DNA of 64,000 nt from Bacteroidota bacterium (GTDB lineage Bacteria > Bacteroidota > Bacteroidia > Chitinophagales > BACL12). Shown in pieces: positions 1-12,456 of the stretch. The stretch lies in assembly GCA_016715425.1 (NCBI GenBank), contig JADKAC010000005.1:832798-896797 (forward strand), written 5' to 3'. Numbering within the stretch: position 1 is the first letter of the stretch; every line of letters begins with the position of its first letter. The notes under the pieces are model-generated. The model saw nothing but the letters and a program-made list of their open reading frames with translations, searched no databases and was not told the DNA's origin. The translations under genes and the position numbers were made by a program.

Positions 1-428
1 TTTCCATCACTACCTGAGCAAAGAAGAACTGCTGCCATACTGGCTGCGATACCAGTGCAAATTGTGGCTACATCCGGAGAAACATATTGCATAGTATCAT
101 AGATGGCAAGGCCACTGTAAACTACTCCTCCCGGACTATTAATATAAATTTGAATATCTCTTTTGTTATCTACTGAGTCCAAAAAAAGCAATTGAGCCTG
201 TACCACATTTGCAACGTAGTCATCAATAGCTGTTCCCATAAAAATGATTCTATCCATCATTAAACGGGAGAAAACGTCAATAGCCTGAGCATTCATTTGT
301 CTCTCCTCAATAATATATGGGGTAAAGTTTGTTACATGTAAACTTGATGTTTTCATATAACTGTCCAGAGTGTTGCTGGACATTCCCAAATGTTTGGTTG
401 CGTATTTTAAAAATTCATTATTCTGCAT
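1..428 (-). CDS. clpP: ATP-dependent Clp protease proteolytic subunit ClpP (N-terminal part only; the gene runs off the window start)
   Basis: Own translation of the minus strand from the ATG at 428-426 gives MQNNEFLKYATKHLGMSSNTLDSY...IIEERQMNAQAIDVFSRLMMDRIIFMGTAIDDYVANVVQAQLLFLDSVDNKRDIQIYINSPGGVVYSGLAIYDTMQYVSPDVATICTGIAASMAAVLL. These are canonical ClpP motifs, including the catalytic-Ser segment. It lies directly downstream of tig. It is absent from the ORF track because it is truncated. Confidence 0.9.
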   Translation of the reverse strand, partial: MQNNEFLKYATKHLGMSSNTLDSYMKTSSLHVTNFTPYIIEERQMNAQAIDVFSRLMMDRIIFMGTAIDDYVANVVQAQLLFLDSVDNKRDIQIYINSPGGVVYSGLAIYDTMQYVSPDVATICTGIAASMAAVLLCSGSDG

Positions 429-1794
429 ATGTAACTTCCTTATTTAAGTTTTGATATTCCTCCAAAGTAGTCATTTCGTCAATGGTGGTGATATATCCTT
501 TTAATATTTCAAAAAATTTCTGCTGCATAACACGGTCATGCATATTTTCTACAAATGTTTTATCATTAAGATTATTTTGAACTATGTAGTTCACTAATTC
601 TTCTCCCATGGAACCGTAAGTGCTTCTTACCTGCATCATTGTTTCTTCAATTATTTCTTCTTTGGTCGCTTCAAGAGAATTCTCTTTTCTTACCTTTTGA
701 AAAATCAATGATTGTTTTAATCGGGTTTTAAATGTATTAAATTGTTCTTCAAAGGACATTTCATCTAATTCTTTTTCCATGGTGGCTCTAAACCACTTTT
801 GTAGGAAGACTTCCGGAAGGGGTACTTCGGTTGTATCTGTTAAATACTTGTAGATATCATTTTCCAAAGCTGTTTCCGTCATCCGGTCATTATAGGACTC
901 AATAATATCTTTAATCTTATTTTGCAATTCTTCCTCGTTACTCACCGGGCCATATTCTTTGGATAGATTTTCAAATACTTCTGCATTTAATTCTGCAGGT
1001 TTTAGTCTTACTATCTTCTCCACTTTACATTCAAAAGATGGACTCATGGAATCTAATTTTCCCAAATCTTCCTCTTTCATTTGTAAAATGTTTTTAGCCA
1101 CATTTGTTTTTTCTCCATTAAAGACGGCAAATAGATCCGGTATATTTTTAACTGCGTCTTTTTCAATACCATTAAATAACTCCACGCCGCTCTCTGTAAG
1201 CATTTCTAAATTGAAATAACTATCTGTATCAATACCATTTTCAATTGGAGTGCCGTCTGATTTCACTTCTTGCAAATGCACATACACTACATCACCTTCC
1301 ATAGCACTTTCTACTTCTTCCTGAGTGCCCAAACGTTTTAATATTCTGCCCACTTCAGCCTCAATCTCTTCCAGCTTAGCAGGAATACGATAGCGTTTAA
1401 AAGCTGCGGCACCTTTAAATACTTCAGATACATTTAACTCAGGTTGAATACCCAATTCATACTTAAATGTATAAGGCTTGTCGGAATTATAATCTATTTC
1501 AACTCTCTCATCCTCTGAAGGCAAAGGGTCGCCTAATATTTCAATATTAGATTCTTTAACATAATTGCTTATTTGTTCATTTACCAATCTGTTTAATTCA
1601 TCGGCAAGTGCTTGATCGCCATATAATTTTTTAACCATACTTATAGGCACATGTCCGGGTCGGAAGCCTTTTATAGTAGCTTTTTTGCCTAAATCTTTAA
1701 TGGATTTATCAAATTTAGGTTTGTAATCTGCAGGGTCTATTTCAATGGTTAAGCGTAAATGTAGGGGACCTAAATTTTCTGATGAGATATTCAC
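418..1794 (-). CDS. tig: trigger factor (ribosome-associated peptidyl-prolyl isomerase chaperone)
   Basis: 458 aa. N-terminal LRLTIEIDPADYKPKFDKSIKDLGKKATIKGFRPGHVP is the trigger-factor ribosome-binding signature (GFRPGxxP). The tig-clpP synteny also fits. Confidence 0.9.
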   Translation of the reverse strand: MNISSENLGPLHLRLTIEIDPADYKPKFDKSIKDLGKKATIKGFRPGHVPISMVKKLYGDQALADELNRLVNEQISNYVKESNIEILGDPLPSEDERVEIDYNSDKPYTFKYELGIQPELNVSEVFKGAAAFKRYRIPAKLEEIEAEVGRILKRLGTQEEVESAMEGDVVYVHLQEVKSDGTPIENGIDTDSYFNLEMLTESGVELFNGIEKDAVKNIPDLFAVFNGEKTNVAKNILQMKEEDLGKLDSMSPSFECKVEKIVRLKPAELNAEVFENLSKEYGPVSNEEELQNKIKDIIESYNDRMTETALENDIYKYLTDTTEVPLPEVFLQKWFRATMEKELDEMSFEEQFNTFKTRLKQSLIFQKVRKENSLEATKEEIIEETMMQVRSTYGSMGEELVNYIVQNNLNDKTFVENMHDRVMQQKFFEILKGYITTIDEMTTLEEYQNLNKEVTYAE

Positions 1795-1844
1795 GATAAA
1801 AACTTGTTTTGATTAAATAATGAAAACTTTTGGATTTATGAATG

Positions 1845-1926
1845 TGCGGGTGGAGGGACTCGAACCCCCATGCCTTGCGGCGCCAGATCCTAAGTCTGGT
1901 ATGTCTACCAATTTCACCACACCCGC
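1845..1926 (-). tRNA. tRNA-Leu (anticodon UAG), class II with a long variable arm
   Basis: The reverse complement reads GCGGGTG..CCAGA-CTTAGGA-TCTGG..long variable arm..GGGGGTTCGAGTCCCTC-CACCCGC-A. Acceptor stem GCGGGTG/CACCCGC and anticodon stem CCAGA/TCTGG pair perfectly. The anticodon loop is CT-TAG-GA, and a GTTCGAGTC T-loop is present. Confidence 0.9.
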
Positions 1927-2070
1927 AATTCGGCGTGCAAATGTAGTTAAAAACACACGAAAACTTCTTTGAAATGCAGATGAATCTTTAAAACTGTTTT
2001 ATACAGCATCGTGTTAGTATCATTGCATTGAATAAGTATTTGTACTGTAATTTAGATTTTGAAAAACCTT

Positions 2071-4269
2071 ATGGAAATAGTTCAGCCAAAAAATGTCGAG
2101 CAAGAGAAAAAAGATATTTTAAAAGAATATCGCAATCTATTGCGATCACTTCGGGATGGAATTACAAGCTCGGAGAAAAAACAACTGCGTCTTGCTTTTG
2201 AAATGGCGATGGAGGCACACAAGGATATGCGTAGAAAATCCGGTGAGCCTTTTATTATGCATCCGTTAAGAGTTGCTCAGATTGTTACCAGAGAAATGGG
2301 TTTAAATGCTACTGCTGCAATTTGCGCATTGTTGCATGATGTAGTGGAAGATACTGAACTTACCCTGGATGATATCAAAAGAGAGTTCGGGATTAAGGTT
2401 GCAAAAATTATTGATGGTCTCACAAAAGTTTCAGGGGTTTTTGATCTAACCAGTTCTATTCAAGCAGAAAATTTTAAAAAATTATTACTCACCCTTGCAG
2501 ATGATGTGCGTGTGATTTTGATAAAAATTGCAGACCGGTTACACAACATGCGGACTATGGATAGCATGCCCCGAAAAAAACAATTAAAGATTGCTTCGGA
2601 AACAATGTATCTGTATGCGCCACTTGCGCACCGCTTGGGCTTTTATGCGATAAAAACTGAATTGGAAGATTTGGTAATGAAATATACTGAGCCGGAAAGC
2701 TATGGAGACATTGTAAAAAAACTTGCAGAAACCAAACGTGAGCGAAGTAGATATATCAATGAATTTTGTAAGCCAATTAAAGACAGATTAGATGAATCGG
2801 GTATAAGCTATAGCATGTTTGGGAGACCAAAATCCATTCATTCTATTTTTAATAAAATGCAAACCAAAAGTGTAACGTTTAATGAAGTGTATGATCTGTT
2901 TGCAATTCGAATAATAATTAATAGCGTACCCGAAAAAGAAAAAGCAGATTGTTGGAGAGTGTATTCCATTGTAACTGAATTATATCAGCCAAATCCTGAT
3001 CGTTTGAGAGATTGGGTGTCCACACCAAAAGCAAATGGTTATGAAAGTTTGCATACTACAGTGATGGGAAATAAAGGCCGTTGGGTAGAAGTGCAAATTC
3101 GTTCCGGGCGAATGGATGAAATTGCCGACAGAGGTTTTGCTGCACATTGGAAATATAAAGAAGGAACTACGGATAAAGCATTAGATAATTGGTTGAGAGA
3201 AATTCGGGAGTTATTGCGTAATCCGGATTATAATGCATTGGAATTTATGGATGATTTCAAAAGCAATTTATTCTCAAAAGAAATTTATGTGTTTACGCCA
3301 AAGGGAGATTTAAAAATATTACCTCAGGATGCTACAGCTTTAGATTTTGCATTCGAGATACATACGGATGTGGGTTATCATTGTATAGGTGCAAAAGTGA
3401 ATCATAAATTAGTGCCACTCAGTTATAAATTAAGTAACGGCGATCAGGTGGAAGTAATTAATTCCAGAAAGCAAAAACCAAATGAAGACTGGTTAAATTT
3501 TCTGATTACAAGTAAAGCAAGATCGAAAGTTAAAAATGCGTTGAAAGAAGAACGCCGTTCTGTTGCAATACAAGGCAAAGAATTGGTGGAGAAAAAATTG
3601 AAAGGAATGAAGGTTTCTTTTGATGATAAAAATGTAAATGAAATGCTGCACTTTTATCATCAACCATCATCGTTAGAATTTTATTTTAAAGTTGCAAAGA
3701 AGGAAATTGATCTTAAAGAACTGAAAGATTTTAAAATAACAGGCGGTAGAATTACAGCTCCATCAAATAAAAATAAAGAAGAAGAAAAAGTTGAAGTATT
3801 AAAACAAATTGCCAATGCCGAGTTACTGATATTTGATGAGTCGAGTGATAAAATAAAATTTAGTCTGTCGAAGTGTTGTAATCCTATTGTTGGTGATGAA
3901 GTGTTTGGGTTTATTACAATTAATGATGGTATTAAAATTCATAGAACCAATTGTTCGAATGCTACTGAAATGATGAGCAAGTATGGCTATAGGATTGTGA
4001 GAACACGATGGACTAATCAAAAAGAAATTGCGTTCCTTACCGGATTAAAAATAATAGGTTTGGATGATGTGGGTTTGGTAAGCAAAGTAACAAATATCAT
4101 TAGCGGTGATTTACGTATGAACATGCAAAGTCTGACAATGGATGCAAAGGATGGTATGTTTGAAGGCAACATAAAAATATTTGTAAAAAATACTGATGAA
4201 CTGGATGTGTTAATTAATCGTCTTAAAAAATTGAAAGAGATTGTGGAAGTAAAACGTATAGAAACATAA
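2071..4269 (+). CDS. bifunctional RelA/SpoT-family (p)ppGpp synthetase/hydrolase
   Basis: The HD hydrolase motif (HPLRVAQIV...LLHDVVEDT), the synthetase region (YESLHTTV, RSGRMDEIADRGFAAHWKYK), and TGS- and ACT-like C-terminal regions are all present. The ORF track starts at TTG 2059; ATG 2071 seems the more likely start. Confidence 0.9.
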   Translation: MEIVQPKNVEQEKKDILKEYRNLLRSLRDGITSSEKKQLRLAFEMAMEAHKDMRRKSGEPFIMHPLRVAQIVTREMGLNATAAICALLHDVVEDTELTLDDIKREFGIKVAKIIDGLTKVSGVFDLTSSIQAENFKKLLLTLADDVRVILIKIADRLHNMRTMDSMPRKKQLKIASETMYLYAPLAHRLGFYAIKTELEDLVMKYTEPESYGDIVKKLAETKRERSRYINEFCKPIKDRLDESGISYSMFGRPKSIHSIFNKMQTKSVTFNEVYDLFAIRIIINSVPEKEKADCWRVYSIVTELYQPNPDRLRDWVSTPKANGYESLHTTVMGNKGRWVEVQIRSGRMDEIADRGFAAHWKYKEGTTDKALDNWLREIRELLRNPDYNALEFMDDFKSNLFSKEIYVFTPKGDLKILPQDATALDFAFEIHTDVGYHCIGAKVNHKLVPLSYKLSNGDQVEVINSRKQKPNEDWLNFLITSKARSKVKNALKEERRSVAIQGKELVEKKLKGMKVSFDDKNVNEMLHFYHQPSSLEFYFKVAKKEIDLKELKDFKITGGRITAPSNKNKEEEKVEVLKQIANAELLIFDESSDKIKFSLSKCCNPIVGDEVFGFITINDGIKIHRTNCSNATEMMSKYGYRIVRTRWTNQKEIAFLTGLKIIGLDDVGLVSKVTNIISGDLRMNMQSLTMDAKDGMFEGNIKIFVKNTDELDVLINRLKKLKEIVEVKRIET

Positions 4270-4273
4270 TAGA

Positions 4274-4804
4274 ATGGAAGAACATTTAAAAAAACAATTT
4301 GATGAAGTGAAGAATATTTTTTCAGCACATTTGGAAACACATGGCTTGAGAAAAACACCTGAACGGTTTTCCATTCTTGAAGAAATTTATTCACGAACTG
4401 ATCATTTTGATGCGGAGAGTTTATTTTCTCATCTATTGAAAAACGATCACCATATTAGCAGAGCAACAGTGTATAATACGCTAGAGCTTTTATTGACTTG
4501 TGATTTGATAACGAAACATCAATTTGGAAAAAACCTGGCGCAATATGAAAAATCGTATGGCTTCAAGCAGCACGATCATATTATTTGTGTGGATTGTAAA
4601 AAGGTAGTGGAATTTTGTGATCCCAGAATTCAGCAAATACAATCTATGATGGGAGAATTGCTCAACTTTACTATTACTCACCATGCTTTGAACTTGTATG
4701 GCGTTTGTGGAAGTTGTCAGAAACAACGAGAAATGGAAGCAATTAATAATCCCAAAAAAATAAAATTGAAGCCTGATCAAATTAAAATAAACACACAAAA
4801 TTGA
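4274..4804 (+). CDS. Fur-family metalloregulator (Fur/Zur/PerR type)
   Basis: Winged-helix region (ISRATVYNTLELL), a HHDHIICVDC..VEF metal site, and a C-terminal CGSC pair. Confidence 0.8.
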   Translation: MEEHLKKQFDEVKNIFSAHLETHGLRKTPERFSILEEIYSRTDHFDAESLFSHLLKNDHHISRATVYNTLELLLTCDLITKHQFGKNLAQYEKSYGFKQHDHIICVDCKKVVEFCDPRIQQIQSMMGELLNFTITHHALNLYGVCGSCQKQREMEAINNPKKIKLKPDQIKINTQN

Positions 4805-4807
4805 GTT

Positions 4808-5167
4808 ATGGAATATCGCATTGAAAAAAAGGAACTCCCAATCGCACTGATTGAATTAAATGGAAGATTGATTGGCGATTATCAGGTGGTAGATCTTACT
4901 GATGAAATAAATGAATTGATTGAAGATGGATTTGTATATCTAATTTTTGAATTATCTCATCTTGAATTTATTAATAGCACAGGATTAAATTTCTTTTTGA
5001 AAACACTCACGAAAGTGCGCAGGCAGGATGGCGAAGTGGTGCTAACTAATCTGAATGAATTGTTGAATACTTTAATGGTAACAACAAAGCTGAATTCATT
5101 TTTTGTAATTGAAAAATCCGGTGAGGACCCCGTAGCTTATTTTAAGGAAAAAGGTTTGATTTTATAA
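4808..5167 (+). CDS. STAS-domain protein (anti-sigma-factor-antagonist-like)
   Basis: 119 aa. The LEFINSTGLNFFL segment is typical of SpoIIAA/STAS domains. Confidence 0.6.
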   Translation: MEYRIEKKELPIALIELNGRLIGDYQVVDLTDEINELIEDGFVYLIFELSHLEFINSTGLNFFLKTLTKVRRQDGEVVLTNLNELLNTLMVTTKLNSFFVIEKSGEDPVAYFKEKGLIL

Positions 5168-5168
5168 T

Positions 5169-6017
5169 TTACTCTGCGGCTCGACGCAAACAATATTCCC
5201 AATCTACACTTGTAAGTTGCTTTATTTCCTCCAATTCATTTTGCGGTATCAATGGTTTTTTATTCACCCATGATTTGGGTAATAATAAAGCGGTATATAA
5301 AATAAAATATCGGAAAATAAGAACGGGTAATCTTGCAAGAAAAAATAAAATTCTGTTTTTTGGAAGTTGCTCTTTATTTACCGGAATTACTTTTGCAATT
5401 GCTTGCATATATTTTATTTGTTTTTCATTGTAAGATGAATGCACTTTTTTGAAATCGAGTTTTGAAATATCAATAGATGCATTACAATAATCTGCAATTT
5501 TTAAAATTGTGTTTCCCGGCTCTTTTAAAAAATCATCATAGATAATTATTAAAGGTTTGAAATTAAATATTTCTTCCAATAATTTTATTTTATTACCAAA
5601 TTCTAAATCTTCCATCCGAAATCTTCCTCTGTTTTTCACAGGATCAATAAAGTCAGAAAAGGACCCTGTAAAACCATTTTTTGCAAATCGCCGGTATTGG
5701 CTGGCAATCCAACTATCTTGTCTGCGCAAGAATAAAATGGCATGAGTATCCGGATATTTTGTAGCAAACTTGATTACTTCTGTTTCAAACTGTTGGTCAA
5801 ATTCTCTGGATATTAGAATTGACTCTGCATCAGTTTTTTCCAGTTCCTGAAATATGCGATAATATTTTCTGGATGGCACATAAGTAAGCCCCTTAAAATT
5901 AGGGAAAACTTTCTGCTGCATGTATTTAGAGGCTATTTTACCCAGACCTACATGGAGGTATATGGATGCTTGTTTATCTGTTTCTTTTTCCATTTCAAGC
6001 CCTAAAAATCCAAACAA
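5169..6017 (-). CDS. putative sulfotransferase-family protein
   Basis: A PAPS 5'-phosphosulfate-loop-like motif (LHVGLGKIASKYMQQ) and a 3'-phosphate-like motif (LRRQDSWIASQYRRF). Assigned by motif resemblance only. Confidence 0.4.
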   Translation of the reverse strand: MFGFLGLEMEKETDKQASIYLHVGLGKIASKYMQQKVFPNFKGLTYVPSRKYYRIFQELEKTDAESILISREFDQQFETEVIKFATKYPDTHAILFLRRQDSWIASQYRRFAKNGFTGSFSDFIDPVKNRGRFRMEDLEFGNKIKLLEEIFNFKPLIIIYDDFLKEPGNTILKIADYCNASIDISKLDFKKVHSSYNEKQIKYMQAIAKVIPVNKEQLPKNRILFFLARLPVLIFRYFILYTALLLPKSWVNKKPLIPQNELEEIKQLTSVDWEYCLRRAAE

Positions 6018-6081
6018 TCTTTGATTTATTGCAATGTGGATACAGCATAATTATATTTTAAACGAATTTTGTCGGTCTTAA

Positions 6082-7368
<1,287 letters not shown>

Positions 7369-7372
7369 GATT

Positions 7373-8677
7373 ATGCAATCGTCTGTTAAAAGAAAATGGA
7401 CTGATCATGTAGTGGATGCAAATACATTTAAATCAAAATGTATGCAATGGTCGGGCAATTTTTCAAAGCATATTATTCTGGATACATGCAGTAATACTTT
7501 ATATTCAAATAGCAAATTTGATGTGCTGTTTGCTGTGGGTGAATACAAGAGTATAAATGTAAAATATGGCAATGCATTTTCGCAATTGCAAACATTTATT
7601 GATGAATCGCAGGATTGGCTGTTTGGATTTCTGGGTTATGATTTAAAGAATGAAGTGGAGAAGTTGCAATCCAATAATTCCGATCATCTTGAGTTTCCTG
7701 ATTTGCTGTTTTTTGTACCAATTCATATAATTATTTTTAAAGGTGATACAGTTTCCATCGGCACTTTAGAATCAGAAAATATATTTCAAATAATTTCAGA
7801 TACTGTTGTTCAAGATCCATTTCAAGAACAGGGCATTTCTACATTGCAAAGCAGAATTACAAAGCAAGAATATTTAGATACTATCGCTCGTATTAAAGAA
7901 CATATTTTAATTGGTGACGTGTATGAGATGAATTATTGTTTTGAGTTGTTTGCTGAAAATTCTTCTATTAATCCTACGCAATGTTTCAATACTTTAATTG
8001 ATTATTCTGCTTCACCATTTTCCGCTTTATTGCAATGGGATGCCTTATCAATAATCAGTGCAAGTCCGGAGCGATTTTTAAAAAAATCAAGAAGTAAAAT
8101 TATTTCTCAACCGATAAAAGGAACAATACGCAGAGGAATTTCACAGAAGGAGGATGCTGAATTAAAACATCAACTTGCAACAAGTGAAAAGGATAAAGCA
8201 GAGAATGTAATGATTACTGATTTGGTGAGAAATGATCTTACAAAATTTGCAATGACAGGTTCTATTCAGGTGGATGCATTGTTTGAAATTAAAAGTTTCA
8301 GACATGTGCATCAAATGGTTTCTACCATATCTGCTGAATTGAAACCGGATGTGCAAATTACCGATGTAATTAAAAATGCATTTCCAATGGGTAGCATGAC
8401 AGGTGCACCAAAAGTTATGGCAATGGAGCTGATTGAAAAATATGAAAGAACAAAGCGAGGTTCTTATTCAGGTGCGCTCGGATATATCACTCCGGAAAAT
8501 GATTTTGATTTTAATGTACTCATCCGGAGCATATTTTATAACAGGGCGAAAAAATACATTTCAATACAAGCGGGTAGTGCTATTACATGGGATTCAGATG
8601 CAGAATCTGAATACGAAGAATGTTTATTAAAAGCAGAGTCTTTAATAGCAATTTTACAATCCTCAGCAAACCATTAA
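7373..8677 (+). CDS. chorismate-binding enzyme, aminodeoxychorismate synthase component I-like
   Basis: C-terminal chorismate-binding motifs: SASPERFL, PIKGT.RRG, ENVMITDLVRND, PMGSMTGAPK, RGSYSGALGY. Confidence 0.75.
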   Translation: MQSSVKRKWTDHVVDANTFKSKCMQWSGNFSKHIILDTCSNTLYSNSKFDVLFAVGEYKSINVKYGNAFSQLQTFIDESQDWLFGFLGYDLKNEVEKLQSNNSDHLEFPDLLFFVPIHIIIFKGDTVSIGTLESENIFQIISDTVVQDPFQEQGISTLQSRITKQEYLDTIARIKEHILIGDVYEMNYCFELFAENSSINPTQCFNTLIDYSASPFSALLQWDALSIISASPERFLKKSRSKIISQPIKGTIRRGISQKEDAELKHQLATSEKDKAENVMITDLVRNDLTKFAMTGSIQVDALFEIKSFRHVHQMVSTISAELKPDVQITDVIKNAFPMGSMTGAPKVMAMELIEKYERTKRGSYSGALGYITPENDFDFNVLIRSIFYNRAKKYISIQAGSAITWDSDAESEYEECLLKAESLIAILQSSANH

Positions 8678-8701
8678 TTTGTTTCACTGTTATTTTGCTA
8701 T

Positions 8702-9292
8702 ATGCGTTTTGCACTTCTCATATTTTCAGTTGCAATTTTTACTTCTGTAAAAAGTCAGCAGATATTTGATAATCTGAGAGCTTCGCAATTAGGTGACAGC
8801 ATTTTAATTCAATGGACGTTACTTGCAGATTATAGTTGTAACGATATGTTATTGCAACGTTCTGTAAAGGATGAAAATTTTAAAACTATTTTTTCTATTT
8901 CCGGTATCTGTGGTGCAACAGAAAATATCAGCTATCAATATTTGGATGGAATAAATTTGCAATCAGCACAAAAGTATAATTATCGTATTTCGGCCTCCAG
9001 TGATTATTATATCAGTAACACAGCAACAATAATTTTTAATAACACAGGTGATAGAGATATTGTAATTTTTCCCAACCCCGCATCATCTGATTTTATTATT
9101 TCAATTAATAACAATCTAAGTATTCCATTACATGCAGAAATTATTTCACTTGATGGAAAAATCCTGTGGCAAAATGTTTTGTATAGTCACCTTGCAGAAA
9201 TTCATTCAGAGCTGGCTAATGGAATTTATATTTTGAGAATAATTACTGATGATGGAATAATCCGTTATTCAAAATTTATTATTCAGCAATAA
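8702..9292 (+). CDS. secreted protein with a T9SS C-terminal sorting domain
   Basis: Signal peptide, plus the C-terminal [15 protein letters not shown]...[23 protein letters not shown] pattern typical of Por secretion-system CTDs. Confidence 0.7.
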   Translation: MRFALLIFSVAIFTSVKSQQIFDNLRASQLGDSILIQWTLLADYSCNDMLLQRSVKDENFKTIFSISGICGATENISYQYLDGINLQSAQKYNYRISASSDYYISNTATIIFNNTGDRDIVIFPNPASSDFIISINNNLSIPLHAEIISLDGKILWQNVLYSHLAEIHSELANGIYILRIITDDGIIRYSKFIIQQ

Positions 9293-10556
9293 TTAAAAAA
9301 TAATTTTTCTTACCTCGTTGCACTAATAAATATTTGTTGTTTATCAAATCAGCAGATTGAATTAGCGCTTCACTATCTGTAATCTTTTGCTTATTAATAC
9401 TCAATGAATTTTCTTGCAATGCCCGACGCAATTCGCTTTTAGATGCTATAATAGTTGTAGCAGTGGTGAGCAGGTCTGTAACAGAAATACCTTCTGAAAT
9501 ACTTACATTAAAAGTAGGCACTCCTTCAAATACATCTAAAAAAGTTTGTTCATCTAATTCCTTTAATGCTTCAGTAGTTGATTTACCGAATAAAATTTCA
9601 CTTGCTTCCTGCGCTTTTATAAATTCTGTTTCTGAATGTACACGACATGTAATATCTTTTGCAAGCACTTTTTGCAGGTTGCGTAAGTGCGGTTCTTTTC
9701 TATGTTGCTCAATAATATCTTCCGTTTCTGTTCTATTGAAAAGTGTAAAAATTTTGAGATAATTTTCTGCATCCGCATCACTTGCATTCAACCAAAATTG
9801 ATAGAATTTATAGGGGGATGTTTTTTTCGCATCCAACCAAATATTTCCACTTTCTGTTTTACCGAATTTTGTTCCGTCTGCTTTTTTAATGAGTGGAGTA
9901 CATAGTGCAAATGCTTCACCTCCTTCCATTCTTCTAATTAATTCATTGCCCGTTGTAATATTTCCCCATTGATCGCTACCACCCATTTGCAACATTACCT
10001 GTTTGTGTTTCCACAAATAATAAAAATCATAACCCTGAATTAATTGATAGGAGAATTCAGTAAATGAAAGTCCTTTTTCCATTCTATTTTGCACACTATC
10101 TTTTGCAAGCATGTAATTGATAGAAATATGTTTGCCCACTTCCCTGATAAATTCTAAGAAAGAAAATTCCTTCAACCAATCATAATTATTTACAAGTTCA
10201 GCCGCATTTTCTTTGCTTGAAAAATCTAAAAATTTTTCCAATTGTTTTTTCTGACATGCAATATTGTGGTTTAAAATTTCATTGTCCAACAAATTACGTT
10301 CAGCACTTTTTCCCGAAGGATCACCCACCATACCTGTTGCGCCACCTACAAGTGCAATGGGTTTGTGACCGCAATTTTGAAAATGCAGCAGCGTCATTAT
10401 CTGCACCATATTGCCCACACCCAATGAATCGCCCGTCGGGTCAAAGCCAATATAACCAGCAGTTGAGCCTTTCATTAATTGTTCTTCAGTGCCCGGCATA
10501 ATTTCGGACAACATGCCTCGCCAACGTAACTCTTCTACAAAATTTTTTATCTGCAT
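9279..10556 (-). CDS. tyrS: tyrosine--tRNA ligase
   Basis: Class I motifs: [13 protein letters not shown] (HIGH-like region) and KFGKTESG (KMSKS-like). An S4-like C-terminus is present. 425 aa. Confidence 0.9.
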   Translation of the reverse strand: MQIKNFVEELRWRGMLSEIMPGTEEQLMKGSTAGYIGFDPTGDSLGVGNMVQIMTLLHFQNCGHKPIALVGGATGMVGDPSGKSAERNLLDNEILNHNIACQKKQLEKFLDFSSKENAAELVNNYDWLKEFSFLEFIREVGKHISINYMLAKDSVQNRMEKGLSFTEFSYQLIQGYDFYYLWKHKQVMLQMGGSDQWGNITTGNELIRRMEGGEAFALCTPLIKKADGTKFGKTESGNIWLDAKKTSPYKFYQFWLNASDADAENYLKIFTLFNRTETEDIIEQHRKEPHLRNLQKVLAKDITCRVHSETEFIKAQEASEILFGKSTTEALKELDEQTFLDVFEGVPTFNVSISEGISVTDLLTTATTIIASKSELRRALQENSLSINKQKITDSEALIQSADLINNKYLLVQRGKKNYFLIIAE

Positions 10557-10663
10557 GTCGCAAATTTATTGCTTTCACATGATTTGAATCCAAACATGAT
10601 TTTATAGGTTTAATTTTATCCTGAAAAAATAACAATGATTTTTCAACAGCTAACAAATTATAA

Positions 10664-11335
10664 ATGAATTTTCTGTCGCACTATTATCATGAGCTTCCAT
10701 GCGACAATCCCTATTTTATATGCGGAGTAATTCTGCCAGATATACTTTCAAATTTCAGCAAGCGCATAGGACATAAAATCAGAGTGAGTCCTAATAAAAT
10801 TATATCTGTAGATAATAATGAAATAATGCGTATTGGTAAAGGAGTACAGCAACATTATTTGGTAGATAGGTTTTTTCATGAGTCAGATTATTTCAAAACA
10901 AATACTGCAATTATTGATGAAAAAATTCATGAATTGGATTTTGATGCAATTGAAAGAAGGCAGTTTGCATTTAGTCATGTGTTTCTTGAAATGATGATGG
11001 ACAGATGTCTTTTGATTCAAGATAATTCAATAGCTGATACTTTGTATGCGCAATTAGATAAGGTAAATCTGAAGTTGTTAAAAGAATTTTTAAACACAAA
11101 TTCTAACTATCCGGAGCATGCAGCCACTATTCAACATTTCGATCAATTTCGAAATTTGAAGTTTATATACCATTATGCGGATATTGCACGTTTTAGCGGC
11201 ATAATGGATTCCCTGAATCAAAGTATCGGCAATCCGCCGTTCAATAATAAAGACAAGGAACAATTGAAAATACTTATACACCAAATGGAATCTGTACTTT
11301 TAATCGCCACATTCCCTAATTTTGTCAAAGCCTAA
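10664..11335 (+). CDS. hypothetical protein, possibly acyl-carrier-protein phosphodiesterase (AcpH)-like
   Basis: The N-terminal MNFLSHYYH... resembles the MNFLAHL start of AcpH-family proteins. Resemblance only. Confidence 0.3.
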   Translation: MNFLSHYYHELPCDNPYFICGVILPDILSNFSKRIGHKIRVSPNKIISVDNNEIMRIGKGVQQHYLVDRFFHESDYFKTNTAIIDEKIHELDFDAIERRQFAFSHVFLEMMMDRCLLIQDNSIADTLYAQLDKVNLKLLKEFLNTNSNYPEHAATIQHFDQFRNLKFIYHYADIARFSGIMDSLNQSIGNPPFNNKDKEQLKILIHQMESVLLIATFPNFVKA

Positions 11336-11342
11336 ACAGACA

Positions 11343-12443
11343 ATGAAATACCTATTATTAATTTGCATATCGCTATTATTTTTTGTAAAAATTTCAGAAG
11401 CGCAAACCGCACGTAAATACAGCAACGAATTTTTATCCATCGGTGTATCTGCCGAAGCATTGGGTATGGGCGGCAGTGTGGTTGCAGGCGTAGATGATGT
11501 AACAGCCGGTTATTGGAATCCTGCCGGATTGGTATTGGTTACTTCCGATTATGAAGTTGGGATTATGCATTCTGAATATTTTGCAGGTATTGCCAAATAT
11601 GATTACGCCGGTATTGCAATTCCTTTAAAAGAAAAAAATAGTGCATTAGCTTTTTCAATTATTCGATTTGGTGTGGATGATATTCCAAATACATTATTTT
11701 TAATTGGTCCGGATGGCAGTATTAATTACGACAATATCACTTCTTTTTCTGTTGCTGATTATGGCTTCCTTGGTTCATATGCAACTAAGTTGGATTGGAA
11801 TGATTTGCGAATTGGATTCAATGCAAAAGTGGTACATCGCACTGCAGGATATTTTGCAACGGCTTGGGGATTTGGATTAGATGCTGGTGCGCAAATGGAT
11901 AAAAATAATTGGCAGTTTGGAATTATGCTGCGTGATATAACTTCCACATTTAATGCATGGTCGTTTGCATTTACGGATGCGGATGAGCAAGTGCTTGTAG
12001 CAACCGGAAATGCCCTTCCTGAAAATTCATTAGAAATTACAACTCCTAAAATAATTCTGGGTACAGGATATAATTTTGATATAGGAGAAAATTTTGGAGG
12101 TAAATCAGAAATAAATTTAGATGTTACCACCGATGGAAAAAGAAATGTATTAGTAAGTGCAGCACCATTTAGTATGGATCCACATTTAGGAATTGAATTC
12201 AATTATAAAGAATTTATTTATCTGCGAGGTGGCGTAAATAATTTGCAACAAGCAATTGCCGATGATGCCACAGAAGAGTCCTGGATTATTCAACCGAATA
12301 TCGGTGTTGGGTTAGTAATTGGCCCGGTGAAATTAGATTACGCATATACCAATATTGGAAATCAGGGAGAGATATTGTATTCACATGTTATTTCTTTAGC
12401 TCTTGATTTTAATAAAAAAGTAGCCCCATTAAAAAATCAATAA
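11343..12443 (+). CDS. PorV/PorQ-family outer-membrane beta-barrel protein (T9SS-associated)
   Basis: Signal peptide MKYLLLICISLLFFVKISEAQ, the motif FLSIGVSAEALGMGGSVVAGVDDVTAGYWNPAGL, and alternating beta-strand character. It lies directly upstream of a C25 peptidase gene. Confidence 0.55.
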   Translation: MKYLLLICISLLFFVKISEAQTARKYSNEFLSIGVSAEALGMGGSVVAGVDDVTAGYWNPAGLVLVTSDYEVGIMHSEYFAGIAKYDYAGIAIPLKEKNSALAFSIIRFGVDDIPNTLFLIGPDGSINYDNITSFSVADYGFLGSYATKLDWNDLRIGFNAKVVHRTAGYFATAWGFGLDAGAQMDKNNWQFGIMLRDITSTFNAWSFAFTDADEQVLVATGNALPENSLEITTPKIILGTGYNFDIGENFGGKSEINLDVTTDGKRNVLVSAAPFSMDPHLGIEFNYKEFIYLRGGVNNLQQAIADDATEESWIIQPNIGVGLVIGPVKLDYAYTNIGNQGEILYSHVISLALDFNKKVAPLKNQ

Positions 12444-12456
12444 TCCCTAATTACTT

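Noticed and set aside
418-428. The 11-nt overlap between the tig stop and the clpP start.
   Set aside because: A short overlap of co-transcribed genes is routine. An alternative internal Met (MSSNTLD..) could also serve as the clpP start.
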